Positions 9,658 through 19,838 of a DNA stretch of 64,000 nt are shown one piece after another. Within the stretch, counting starts at the first letter, position 1. Every line of letters starts with the position of its first letter. Source of the DNA: Calditrichia bacterium. GTDB taxonomy: Bacteria; Calditrichota; Calditrichia; JAJRVZ01. Position numbers and translations under genes: made by a program. The DNA lies in assembly GCA_963796965.1 (NCBI GenBank), contig CAWCNS010000006.1:416001-480000 (forward strand). Reading direction: 5' to 3'. The notes under the pieces were generated by a model, which searched no databases, was not told the origin of the DNA, and saw only the letters and a list, made by a program, of their open reading frames with translations.

Positions 9658-11364
9658 CTAATATATTTGAATAGTCTTTTTAAAGGGTGTGAATCCGGTA
9701 ATATATACAGACATGGCGTCAAGTTTTGGTCGTGCGCCACGTAGTTGGGTCCAGGTATGGTTTGCCTGCCCCGTTCCAAACCAAATGGTTTTTCCCTTAA
9801 AGGTATATTTTCCCATTCCGCTTTCAAGGATATAGACTTGGGGAATCTCTTCAATTTCCCGAACACCGCTAAGTGTTCCACCTTTACGAAAACCAAATTC
9901 AATGGCTAGCGGGACATTGTCTGTACCCTTAATTTCAATAGTGATCTCAAATTTACCATCTTTCTCTTTTATAAAGACAGTTGCTTCCTGCAGTTGAATC
10001 TCACTATGGGGACGTTGGGCTCTGTTCATTTTATGCCAATCGCCATCATCAGGCAGTAAATCACGGGGAAAGGGTTGATAATAAGGACCCTTTAGATCTT
10101 GATGGAGGAGGTACCCAGCGTCCTTTTTCTCAAGTTCTTTTCCTTGAAATTGTCCTTTCCCAAAGAAGGCCGTAGCAAACCGCAAACCCTCCAGAGCGGC
10201 CACTCCTTTATGAAAACTAAAAAATGAAGTATTTTGGGCAAGAATTGTAGCACTTATCTCCTGCCGTCTAATACGTACCAGTTGGGAATATGAAAATTCT
10301 TTAAAATAATTTACAGGTAAGGGTGAACTTGAGGGTAATTTTTTTTGCAGTGAGGGATCCTCAATATAATAGATCAAATTATTTACCAGATTATCTCCTG
10401 CCGTTTTTTGAATCCAATGTGTCATTTCTGCAAATTGTCCGTTGTTATCCAATAAGGACATATATCTGTATGGATAATAATATGGTGCCATCGAACCTTT
10501 TCTGTATTTATCCTGACGTCGTGAAGCTTCGGTTACAACCTCACCGTCAGGATGAACGTAATACATAGTAATTTCTAAATTTTTGCGCACAGGATCATAT
10601 AAACCTGTTTTACCAGTAAGTCGGGCAATGGTGATAAGGCAGCGATCGGTAAGCGGGCTATAAATACTTGAACTTTTTTCGGTGAACTGTCCATCAGGAT
10701 CAATATCAATCTTCTCGTCCAACCATTCATTAATTCGATCCATATATTTTTTCTTTGGGAAAAAGGAATTAATCCTTGCCAGTGCTCGGCAGACCACCCA
10801 GCGATGATTTGGTGTATGAATACCCCCTACAGATAGCGCATCGCCCCCCTTTTTTATGAAAATTTCCATGTTTTTTTGAAAGTCTGGTTTAGGGAAATCA
10901 GCGGCTTTTAAAAAAATACCATAGGTTGAACAAATATGCTCTAATACAAAGCCTGTATCGGGTGTAGAATGAAAGTTCGTGGTATGAAGGTCAATCGTTC
11001 CGTCTTCATATTGTGTTTCGACCATATAATGAGAAGCCAGAGACATGGGTTCAACTAAATCCGAAGATTGGTAATAAATTGATGTCGGATGAAGATAGGC
11101 ACAAGCCAGAATTTCGATAAATCTTGCCGTTCCTCCAGCTGTATAAATACCAAAATGATCTGGAATTCCGCCGACTTCTATTGGAGGTGAATTTGCATTC
11201 TGACGTTTTAAGAGATCCGGAATCAGACTATCATTTGCTTTTACGAGAGAAAGAACAAACCGATCCTCCGTTTCTGGCAAAAATACAGCCGGAGTGGATT
11301 GAGGAAATAAAAAAGGGGAGATTGTGCTGATACCGGCAAGCTTCATAAAATTTCGACGCTTCAT
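9658..11364 (-). CDS. Tat-exported hypothetical protein (helical N-terminus, beta-rich C-terminus)
   Basis: MKRRNFMK twin-arginine signal; conserved-looking GGIHTPNHRW motif; 568 aa. Confidence 0.6.
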   Translation of the reverse strand: MKRRNFMKLAGISTISPFLFPQSTPAVFLPETEDRFVLSLVKANDSLIPDLLKRQNANSPPIEVGGIPDHFGIYTAGGTARFIEILACAYLHPTSIYYQSSDLVEPMSLASHYMVETQYEDGTIDLHTTNFHSTPDTGFVLEHICSTYGIFLKAADFPKPDFQKNMEIFIKKGGDALSVGGIHTPNHRWVVCRALARINSFFPKKKYMDRINEWLDEKIDIDPDGQFTEKSSSIYSPLTDRCLITIARLTGKTGLYDPVRKNLEITMYYVHPDGEVVTEASRRQDKYRKGSMAPYYYPYRYMSLLDNNGQFAEMTHWIQKTAGDNLVNNLIYYIEDPSLQKKLPSSSPLPVNYFKEFSYSQLVRIRRQEISATILAQNTSFFSFHKGVAALEGLRFATAFFGKGQFQGKELEKKDAGYLLHQDLKGPYYQPFPRDLLPDDGDWHKMNRAQRPHSEIQLQEATVFIKEKDGKFEITIEIKGTDNVPLAIEFGFRKGGTLSGVREIEEIPQVYILESGMGKYTFKGKTIWFGTGQANHTWTQLRGARPKLDAMSVYITGFTPFKKTIQIY

Positions 11365-11595
11365 AGTATTTTCCTTAACCTGGATGATATTCTAATATAT
11401 TAGGAAAGGCTTTAAGGGGCAAAAGAATTTGTAATTTGTAAATGGGAATTTGGAATTAGGAACTAATTTCTGGGTTGAGGGTTCTCGGCTGTTAACTTCA
11501 TTTGCAGAAAAATTATATCAATTTGGCAAATCCCCTATGGTTTCGAAAAAACAATGGACACATTGGAAGAAAAAATACAATTTTAGTATCCCATA

Positions 11596-11844
11596 TCACT
11601 TCGACAGATTCAATTTTTTTGCCTGCAAAAAATTGTCCGTTTTAATCCTGTAAAAATAAATACCTGAGGAAATTTCCCGACCAGCTTGATTGGTACCGTC
11701 CCAATTAGTGGCATGATATCCGGCTGACACGTCATTTTTCCATGTTTTCAATTGCTCTCCTAAAACACTAAAAATAGAAATCTCGACCCTTGTTGGTTGG
11801 GGAACAGCATAACGTATCGTTGTTCGATTATTAAATGCCGAATA
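11596..11844 (-). pseudogene. Orphan FlgD-Ig/secretion C-terminal domain fragment (no upstream start)
   Basis: Manual translation YSAFNNRTTIRYAVPQPTRVEISIFSVLGEQLKTW...NWDGTNQAGREISSGIYFYRIKTDNFLQAKKLNLSK*; in-frame TGA immediately upstream. Confidence 0.75.
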
Positions 11845-12043
11845 TCACAATTATTATTTCATTTAATGTTTAGATAATTTCAATAATTTAAGTCTTATGA
11901 TCAGTAGGAAACTATAGTATAAATTTCATATATTTGCGACTGATTTGGCAAAAGCTGAAGTGTATTTCAATCTCTTATTTTTGTAAATATAATGATTACT
12001 GGATGAGCCTCTTTGGCACAATTGAAAATGAAGCGGGGGATTT

Positions 12044-13174
12044 GTGACGTTAAATAAGATGTATATTAGATTTAATGTAGTAACCACCTTCCTCTTAATA
12101 ATATTCCATCTACTTCTTATTAATCCTTTAGAAACATTGGCTGGAGAAAATGACGAATCCACCCTTTTCCCACAAGTAAAGATAGGTGGACAATGGTTTT
12201 TATCTTATCTTACGGGTGAGATAGATGGAGAAAAAGTGAGTCTTTTTGCTGTCAAAAGAGGCTATATTAATGTAAAGGTGAAACTCAACGAGCGTTTTTC
12301 GGGGAGAATAACACCGGATGTTTCTATCGACAGGGAAGGCGATGGGGCCGGCGATCTCGAGCTTCGACTTAAATATGCCTATTTAAAGTATCTGGTACCA
12401 GATTTCGTTTTTCTGAAGAAAAGCTACGTGGAATTTGGGCTTGTCCACCGCCCATTGTTAAATTTTCAGCAAAACATTAATGGCTATCGATTACAGGGAG
12501 TTATGTATCTGCCTAGAAATGGCGTAATAAGTTCTGCGGATTATGGAATCACCTATTGGGCTTTTTTGGGGGGAGAGATGGATGAAGAATACCAAAAGGA
12601 AGTGAGTGATTCCTATCCTGGATTGTATGGAAGTGTCTCCTTTGGCTTTACAAATGGAGGGGGGTATCACGATTTTGAACAAAACCATAATAAACCTTTT
12701 GAATCAAGATTAAGCATCAGACCCCTTCCTTTTGTCATCCCGGGTTTTCAGATCAGTTATGCGGGTGCATATGGTAAGGGGAATACGGCAGCTTCGCCCG
12801 ATTGGACCATGCATTACGCATATCTTTCCCTGGAAGACCAATATTTTACCTTGACAGGTAGTGACTATACGGGTGTTGGAAACTCTCTTGGAAAGGCGGT
12901 AGACTCATTAGGTAATTCCCTTGATCAGAGAGGTTTTTCCTTTTTTGGCGATTATAAAATACGGGCCTGGAACATTTCTATAATGGCCAGATATGATATT
13001 TTTCAACAGAACCAATATGGAACCTGGTATGAAAGTAAACGGTATATTACCGGAGTTGCTTACCATTTTTTAGGAGGGAATAAATTCCTTCTCGATTATG
13101 ATTTTCAGGAAGGGGGAAGTTTTTTTGGTGATAAAACATCCCGGGTAGAATTTGTAGTCGAAGTTGTCTTCTAG
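12044..13174 (+). CDS. Outer-membrane porin-like beta-barrel protein
   Basis: Signal peptide, alternating beta strands, KRGYIN and RLKYAYL motifs, terminal Phe. Confidence 0.65.
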   Translation: MTLNKMYIRFNVVTTFLLIIFHLLLINPLETLAGENDESTLFPQVKIGGQWFLSYLTGEIDGEKVSLFAVKRGYINVKVKLNERFSGRITPDVSIDREGDGAGDLELRLKYAYLKYLVPDFVFLKKSYVEFGLVHRPLLNFQQNINGYRLQGVMYLPRNGVISSADYGITYWAFLGGEMDEEYQKEVSDSYPGLYGSVSFGFTNGGGYHDFEQNHNKPFESRLSIRPLPFVIPGFQISYAGAYGKGNTAASPDWTMHYAYLSLEDQYFTLTGSDYTGVGNSLGKAVDSLGNSLDQRGFSFFGDYKIRAWNISIMARYDIFQQNQYGTWYESKRYITGVAYHFLGGNKFLLDYDFQEGGSFFGDKTSRVEFVVEVVF

Positions 13175-13262
13175 CTTTTGATGGTGTCTTCGCCGTTCGT
13201 GAACGGCCACTACAATCAATAAAGTTTAATAGATCCTTTTCATTTACCATTCAACTAGTGAC

Positions 13263-16115
13263 TTATTTATCCGTGTAGGATTTTAAAGTAGCTTTCATAA
13301 CATAATTGTGTACTCTTGGACGAACACGGCGAATCTTTTGGTTTGCCCTTGTTGGATAGACACGATTTGTCAGCAATACAACAAAGACTTCATTTTCCGG
13401 ATCGATCCAAATAGTAGTCCCGGTAAATCCGGAATGTCCAAAGGCCTGCATGGACATATAATCTCCGGACATACTATTTGTCTCTGACCGGGTATCCCAA
13501 CCAATTGCCCGGGTACTTTTATCCACAATATTTTGCCGTGCTGTAAACATTTTGATAGTTTTGGGTTGTAAAATACGATTAAAATCATAAATTCCGCCAT
13601 TCAAATACATTTGGCAGAAGATAGAAAGATCTTCAACAGTACTGAAAAGGCCAGCATGTCCGGAAACGCCTCCCATGACGAAAGTGTTCTCGTCATGGAC
13701 AAATCCCCTTACCAACTTTTTATGGAACGCGCTTATTTCTGTGGGCACAATATCATTCAGCCACGAGGACTCCGGATTATAAAATGTGCGATCCATTGCC
13801 AAGGGGTCGGAGATATATTCCCTTACAAGTAAGTCTAAAGGTTTCTGACTAATTGTTTCCAGCACTTTTTGCATCAAAATCATCCCTAAATCACTATAGA
13901 CGGTCTTCGATCCTGGCTGGTAGATCAATTCTGTAGAGCAAATCTCTTGAACAATAAGTTCCTTACCTTTTATTTTCAAATAAAACTGTTCCCAACCGGG
14001 TAATCCGGAAGTATGGGTAAGCAAATGTCGAATTGTAACCTGATCTTTTTCATTTCCCATAAAATCTGGTATAATATCAGAAACTTTCCACTCCAGATTT
14101 AGTTTTCCTTTCTCATACAATACCATCGCTACGGTCGTGGTTGAAACAACCTTGGTTACAGAAGCCAGATCAAAGATTGAATTTGTTTTGATTTGTTTTG
14201 ATTTTGGATCGTAGGTATAATTGCCAAAACCTTCTTGAAGCACAAGCCGACCCTTTACACCGACAGAAATAGCAGCACCGGGAAAAGCACTGTCCTTAAT
14301 GGCCTCATTGAGATACCATCTCAGTGAATCTATATAAATGGGATTGGGTAGAAAAGCCTGGTAGTCAACAGGTTTTAGTGGCATTTCCTTTTTGGGCAAT
14401 TTTTCCCCACTTTTTCTCGGGGCAATACCAGGAAGAGTGACGGGCAATTGACCATCAATGGGAATGGCACCAACCAATGCTTGTGCAGCGGCTCTTTGAC
14501 AATCCTGGATATCCGCGTATGCGAAAAGAATATTTCGGGGTTGTGGTATTTCCATACTGAGATAGGGTGAACCAAAAATAATATTTACAACGGGTTTCTC
14601 CAACTCTTGTAATGATTTGGTTATTGAAATTTGAGCCGGAGATAGTTTCTTGCCGGGCTGAAAATGAAATGTATTTATTATGATATCAGACCTGCGGGCT
14701 AAATTTAATATGGAGTCAAGACGAGAGATATTAAAAGTTTGAGAAATGGTTTTGACTTTCAATTCGGGATAGTAGATTCGTAAAGTCTTAGAGAAAACAG
14801 TCTGTGATATTTCCTGATGAGAATTACTTACAAACCCAGCAACAAAGACCTTTTGGTCCGGACGATTATTTATAGGCAAATCATCATTATTAATTAGAGT
14901 TATCGCTTTGCCTGCTATTTGTTTAGCTTTTTCCAGAGAAATGGGAGTGCGTAATTTGTTCAATAATAATTGTTCATCAATAGCTGGCATCTCTTGAAAT
15001 CCAAGAATAGATTTCCAGTATAGAATTTTTCTCACCGAAGCATCAATCATCTGTATCGATAGTCGCTTATCCTGAACAGCTTTACGAATAGCCTGAAAAG
15101 CACCCTGAATATTACCAGGAAGTAATAACATGTTTACACCAGAGATCAAAGATTTTACAGCAATATTTCCCGGGTAATAATTATCGGTGATGCTTTGCTT
15201 TTTAAGTACATCACTTATGATCAATCCTTCAAAATGATATCTTTTACGAAGCAATTCTGTGAGGATATGTGGAGAAGCAGTTGCAGGGCGTGTAAAACCC
15301 TGATCATAATTTGGGAAAGCAACATGTGTGGTCATAATAGCTGCTACATTATTTTTTATTGCGTCAACAAATGGAATCAATCCTGATTGTTGCAATTCAT
15401 CGAAAGTGATAAGGTTTATGGAAAAATTTTTATCATCCGGTGCTGCTGCCCCTCCTTGGCCGGGAAAATTTTTAGCTGTTGCCATTACCCCATTATCCTG
15501 TAAACCACGTATATAAGAAGAACTGAAGGAAGAAACTGTTTTAGGATCCGAACCATATGTATAGAGATCCTGGCCAGAGTTTGGATTATTATCAGTCAGA
15601 TTGAGTGATGGTGAAAGCGTCAGATGATACCCAATCGCTCGGGCCTCAGTGGCTGTAATTCTACCAATATCAAAAGCATTTTTAAAATCACCTGTAGCAG
15701 AAACCCCCAGCGGAGGAATAAACTCCGTTCCACCCTGAAGATTTTTGCCCACTCCCTCTTCGAAGTTACCAATATAGAAAAAGGGGATTTTTGCAATGGT
15801 CTGAAGTTCGTTAATATAAGGAATCCGCTGGAAAACATCTCCGGCCTGAACAAAGACACCACCAATATGATAGCGTTGTACGTAATCTTTCAATCTTTGA
15901 TATTCTGGATCAGAAGTATTATAGAAAGCAGCATCACCCGACACGATTATCAATTGACCAATTTTTTGATCCAGGCTCATTTTTTGAAGGGTTTCTTCAA
16001 CCCAGCTTTGATTGGGATCTAAAAACTTATCAGGAATCTGTGCCGGTTTTTGAAATAAATAGCATGCGGACATAAATACAGATAATAAGAAAATATATAT
16101 AGAAAACTTAAACAT
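13263..16115 (-). CDS. Lipoprotein: GH3 (NagZ-like) domain fused to a beta-lactamase-family serine hydrolase
   Basis: Lipobox MSAC after ATG 16115 (GGAGG RBS); MSLDQKIGQL GH3 start; C-terminal FDLASVTK (SxxK), YSDLG, GHSGFTG. Confidence 0.85.
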   Translation of the reverse strand: MFKFSIYIFLLSVFMSACYLFQKPAQIPDKFLDPNQSWVEETLQKMSLDQKIGQLIIVSGDAAFYNTSDPEYQRLKDYVQRYHIGGVFVQAGDVFQRIPYINELQTIAKIPFFYIGNFEEGVGKNLQGGTEFIPPLGVSATGDFKNAFDIGRITATEARAIGYHLTLSPSLNLTDNNPNSGQDLYTYGSDPKTVSSFSSSYIRGLQDNGVMATAKNFPGQGGAAAPDDKNFSINLITFDELQQSGLIPFVDAIKNNVAAIMTTHVAFPNYDQGFTRPATASPHILTELLRKRYHFEGLIISDVLKKQSITDNYYPGNIAVKSLISGVNMLLLPGNIQGAFQAIRKAVQDKRLSIQMIDASVRKILYWKSILGFQEMPAIDEQLLLNKLRTPISLEKAKQIAGKAITLINNDDLPINNRPDQKVFVAGFVSNSHQEISQTVFSKTLRIYYPELKVKTISQTFNISRLDSILNLARRSDIIINTFHFQPGKKLSPAQISITKSLQELEKPVVNIIFGSPYLSMEIPQPRNILFAYADIQDCQRAAAQALVGAIPIDGQLPVTLPGIAPRKSGEKLPKKEMPLKPVDYQAFLPNPIYIDSLRWYLNEAIKDSAFPGAAISVGVKGRLVLQEGFGNYTYDPKSKQIKTNSIFDLASVTKVVSTTTVAMVLYEKGKLNLEWKVSDIIPDFMGNEKDQVTIRHLLTHTSGLPGWEQFYLKIKGKELIVQEICSTELIYQPGSKTVYSDLGMILMQKVLETISQKPLDLLVREYISDPLAMDRTFYNPESSWLNDIVPTEISAFHKKLVRGFVHDENTFVMGGVSGHAGLFSTVEDLSIFCQMYLNGGIYDFNRILQPKTIKMFTARQNIVDKSTRAIGWDTRSETNSMSGDYMSMQAFGHSGFTGTTIWIDPENEVFVVLLTNRVYPTRANQKIRRVRPRVHNYVMKATLKSYTDK

Positions 16116-16264
16116 TTTTCCTCCTACCAAGGATCGCATACGAATAAATACTATCATAGTTATGAACCTTGGTTAAATAAAAATAATATTTGAATATTCA
16201 TGTAGTTGAGATAAGATATTAGTTTAGCCAAAACGGGTACAGAAGTTAAAACTGACCGTCTGAT

Positions 16265-16858
16265 TTATTCCAATGCCCCTGTTTGAAGTAAATATGCGCT
16301 TAGACCAATTGCTACTTCTTTGTAAAAACTTATATTACTTGTACGAAAGAGCTGATCACAGAATTGAGGGATCCAAATGATGAGATGGTTGTTATAAAAT
16401 TCTGTTAACCGATTTTCTATTGGAGATTCATTGTCGTCTTCGCAAAGAACAGAAAAATATTCAAGATAATTTACAATTGAATCCATAGCATCTGCAGGAT
16501 CCGTTGGGATATCACTGTCAATGAGGAGATCAATAAAATTATCTGATTCATATTTTATACCAAAAGCATCCGCAAAATCACTGGCCAGAAGGGAACAAAC
16601 GGTATGTCCACTCTCCCATTGGCTAAATAAGCCAACATAATTGTCCCGTAAGTCCTTTAGATCTTCTCCCTGATAGTGATTAATTACATTGAGCAATTGC
16701 TCCAGATAGGGATGATCATCAATGCTGATTTCGCCACGCTCAATCTGACGAAAAATATGTTGTAACTCATAACCCATCTCGTCGTATGGATAAATAAAGC
16801 ATCTGGCATAAAAACGTAAGAAAAGAGATGTTTGGGGATTGGTATTAAATAATTGCAT
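16265..16858 (-). CDS. TorD/DmsD-family molybdoenzyme chaperone-like protein
   Basis: YARCFIYP...YVGLF...EFYNNHLIIWIPQFC...FYKEVA pattern. Confidence 0.6.
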   Translation of the reverse strand: MQLFNTNPQTSLFLRFYARCFIYPYDEMGYELQHIFRQIERGEISIDDHPYLEQLLNVINHYQGEDLKDLRDNYVGLFSQWESGHTVCSLLASDFADAFGIKYESDNFIDLLIDSDIPTDPADAMDSIVNYLEYFSVLCEDDNESPIENRLTEFYNNHLIIWIPQFCDQLFRTSNISFYKEVAIGLSAYLLQTGALE

Positions 16859-17023
16859 GATTGAAATTTACATTTGGACGGGTAATGGTGCAATAATTCA
16901 AAAAAATATTGGCAATAAGTGGATGAATCACTAATTTCCAGTATTGTAACAGTTCTATTGGTAATTAATTTTCAAATTAATCGATTATCATATTGGAATA
17001 TTAAATTAGAGGATAGATTAATT

Positions 17024-17635
17024 ATGAGTCAATCAGGCAATAATAGCGGTTTTTTCTGGGGTTCAATCCTTGTTTTAATGGGGGTTCTGTTTTTACTGGA
17101 CAATTTTTATATCATTGACTTTGGCGATGCTGTGTCGACCTTTTGGCCTTTGATTCTTATCGCCATTGGCATTAAAATTTTATTAGATAAGAAACGGGAT
17201 AGTAATAGAAATTCTGTTGTTTTAGAAACAGACTTGCTAAATAGTGACAGGGTAGAGGGGAGTAACCTGGATAGAATCTCTGAGAGTAATGTTTTTGGCG
17301 ATATTCACTTGAAAATTGATTCTGAATCTTTCCACGGAGGATCTATCAATAATGTGTTCGGCGATATAAAATTGGATTTGTCAGGTGTAAAGTTGACACA
17401 AGATGTTACTAAAATATCTGTAAGTGGTGTCTTTGGCGATGTGACAGTAAATACACCAGAAGGCATTGCCCTCGATGCCCGTAGTAATTGTGTTGCTGGA
17501 GATATAAGTATACGCGGGAGCAGAAAAGATGGATTGTTTCCGAATCTGACCTACCAGGATGAGGCATATGCGAAGGCAAAGCAAAAGATAGATCTTCAAT
17601 GTTCTATTGTTTTTGGATCGATTAACGTCTATTGA
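17024..17635 (+). CDS. LiaF-like cell-envelope stress protein (DUF5668 + DUF2154-like)
   Basis: TM 'FWPLILIAIG' followed by repeated 'VFGDI' beta-repeats; ATG 17024 is in frame with ORF 16919. Confidence 0.75.
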   Translation: MSQSGNNSGFFWGSILVLMGVLFLLDNFYIIDFGDAVSTFWPLILIAIGIKILLDKKRDSNRNSVVLETDLLNSDRVEGSNLDRISESNVFGDIHLKIDSESFHGGSINNVFGDIKLDLSGVKLTQDVTKISVSGVFGDVTVNTPEGIALDARSNCVAGDISIRGSRKDGLFPNLTYQDEAYAKAKQKIDLQCSIVFGSINVY

Positions 17636-18154
17636 TCAAATAATTGATTCAAAATGTTTGAGATCTTCCCACCTCTTTTTGAATAATAAATAGGATCTCC
17701 AGGCAGAGTAGAAGTCGGACAATTTTAATCCGAGATTGTGTGTAAAATATTTTTTTTGATTGGTGCGAAGATTATCCAGGCTAAGCCAAAGATGATCAGT
17801 ATGTTCGTCGGATAGAATCACTTCATCCTGGTCGGTTAGACATAAATAATCTAGGGATAAAAGAGTTGATCGGTTAAATTCTCCAAACCAGGTAACAACC
17901 GGATTAAGAATTCTAATCTCCAATCCGGTTTCCTCCCGGACCTCCCTTTTGAGCCCATGGTACGGATCCTCATCTGGAAAAAGACGCCCACCTGATGGAC
18001 CCCATATTATTGGTTTCCGGGATCTTTTAAGGAGAAGAAAACGATCGTGATTTAAAAGAAAGGCATTTACTGCAACCCGATGTGTCAGTGGTTTTTGCAT
18101 TATTATATGTCTGTAATCCTTTTTATAAAGACCTAAATCAGAGTTAGACGACAT
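17636..18154 (-). CDS. NUDIX hydrolase
   Basis: Nudix box GGRLFPDEDPYHGLKREVREETGL; start uncertain. Confidence 0.85.
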   Translation of the reverse strand: MSSNSDLGLYKKDYRHIIMQKPLTHRVAVNAFLLNHDRFLLLKRSRKPIIWGPSGGRLFPDEDPYHGLKREVREETGLEIRILNPVVTWFGEFNRSTLLSLDYLCLTDQDEVILSDEHTDHLWLSLDNLRTNQKKYFTHNLGLKLSDFYSAWRSYLLFKKRWEDLKHFESII

Positions 18155-18258
18155 TTAAAAAAATATTTTGGTGAAATTAATATCATTACGAAACAACCAA
18201 AAATTTAATAAATATTAATGTAACATTTATCAATAATCAATTTAGCTGATCATAGAAT

Positions 18259-18777
18259 ATGCCACAAAATGTATTAATAGCCGGAGCTCCGGGCATCGGT
18301 AAAACAAAATTAGTTAACCATCTCTATCGTGATTTGAGCCCTTTACTTGTTCGCGGCTTTCACAAAGAAGCAATAAGAGAAAGCGATGTTTTGAAGGGTT
18401 TTCGTCTTAGCACTTTTAATTTTAAAGAATTAATTCTTGCCCATGTTCATATTGAAGGGCCAGATCGATATCAAGAGTTCGGCCTTAATCTGGATGGATT
18501 TGAAGAAATCATTTCAGGTCAGTTCGATACGTCAGGACATGTAGAGCTCTTTCTGATCGATGAGGTTGGTCCAATGGAATGCATTTCCAAACTATTTCGA
18601 CATAAGTTTATAGAAATTCTTGATTCTGATATTCCTGTTATTGCAACCTTGGCCTCAATCGATATTCTAGGTATTTTAGGCATTAAAAAACGCAAAGATA
18701 TATCATTGTTAAAAATGACCCATAGTAACAGAGATTCCATGTGGAAAAATGTTCTGGTAGAAATTTCAAAAGTCTGA
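18259..18777 (+). CDS. NTPase_1/THEP1-family nucleoside triphosphatase
   Basis: Walker A GAPGIGKT; LIDEVGPME. Confidence 0.85.
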   Translation: MPQNVLIAGAPGIGKTKLVNHLYRDLSPLLVRGFHKEAIRESDVLKGFRLSTFNFKELILAHVHIEGPDRYQEFGLNLDGFEEIISGQFDTSGHVELFLIDEVGPMECISKLFRHKFIEILDSDIPVIATLASIDILGILGIKKRKDISLLKMTHSNRDSMWKNVLVEISKV

Positions 18778-18787
18778 TTTAGAATTA

Positions 18788-19267
18788 CTAAATCCGGTTT
18801 TTATTTAAAATTACCCTGGTAATTAACGACCCCACCAAACAAAATACAGGCATAAGAAGTAAATTCCGAAGCAAAATAGAGCCCCATAAAAATCCCGATT
18901 TTAGCTGCTCTTCAAGTTCATAAAATATTTCATCTAAAACAGGAGGTACTTCATCCATATTATCAATTAACTGTTGCATAAATTCAATCTCCCAATGACC
19001 ATAGTTTATATAAATAAACCAGTCTATAAAAAGAGAAATGAAGGCACCAAATAAACCGCTGGTAATTCCAAGTGTAACGGCCATAGCAGGATTGATATAT
19101 TCTTTAGTCTGAAAGGATCTATCATGATAAATAAGCGCAATGGCACCACCGAGCATGATACCTAGACAACAGAAGCAATTAATAAAGTTTAGGAATGGAA
19201 TGGAATTTAAAATCGCGGCAACAAATCCCCCAATAAACCCTGCTGTGAGTAGTCGCTGATTATCCAT
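18788..19267 (-). CDS. Hypothetical membrane protein (CFCC motif)
   Basis: Four hydrophobic segments; NFINCFCCLG. Confidence 0.6.
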   Translation of the reverse strand: MDNQRLLTAGFIGGFVAAILNSIPFLNFINCFCCLGIMLGGAIALIYHDRSFQTKEYINPAMAVTLGITSGLFGAFISLFIDWFIYINYGHWEIEFMQQLIDNMDEVPPVLDEIFYELEEQLKSGFLWGSILLRNLLLMPVFCLVGSLITRVILNKNRI

Positions 19268-19329
19268 AGAATAGACTCTCTTTCCTTTTACACGTTAATT
19301 TCATGTTTTTCTTCTCGACCCGAAGTATT

Positions 19330-19815
19330 TTATATCTTTATTGATTTCGATTCCGGGCTGTCCTGGAGAGAAGCTGTGGACAAAATGAGTAACTGAAAGA
19401 TAACAATACCCAACAATAGACCTGTCCCAAATCGAATCAGCCCAATGTTTGAATAAAAGTGCATTTTTTCGAATGTAAAATCCATCAATGCCGGTATCAG
19501 AAAAAGAAGATATTTACGCATTGGCCAAAAGGTTATCGTATTAAATCTCAAATATAAAATTGAAACGAGCCAACCACCCAAATATACAGCAAAGCAGCGG
19601 ATGCAAACAGCCATAGGGATTTGATCGACTAATAATGATCGCTCGGCAAGCTGATGGCAGACAGGCTGATAGAAAAAATACATAAATGAAGACAGAGTTG
19701 ACAATAGTCTGATATTGGATGAAGCGAGGATGGGCGTAATGATAATACCTGAGAGCCAAATAAAAAGGCTTATACTTATAAGAGATAAATATTTCTTATT
19801 TATAGTTGCTGTCAT
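19330..19815 (-). CDS. DUF2085-family membrane protein
   Basis: CHQLAERS...MAVCIRC...YLG and IRFGTGLLLG motifs. Confidence 0.75.
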   Translation of the reverse strand: MTATINKKYLSLISISLFIWLSGIIITPILASSNIRLLSTLSSFMYFFYQPVCHQLAERSLLVDQIPMAVCIRCFAVYLGGWLVSILYLRFNTITFWPMRKYLLFLIPALMDFTFEKMHFYSNIGLIRFGTGLLLGIVIFQLLILSTASLQDSPESKSIKI

Positions 19816-19838
19816 AATAATTTTTATGCCATTCCTGA

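Noticed and set aside
13263..14300. Beta-lactamase resistance gene
   Set aside because: The SxxK domain is fused to GH3 and fits the broad serine-hydrolase (amidase/esterase) family; no specific evidence for resistance.
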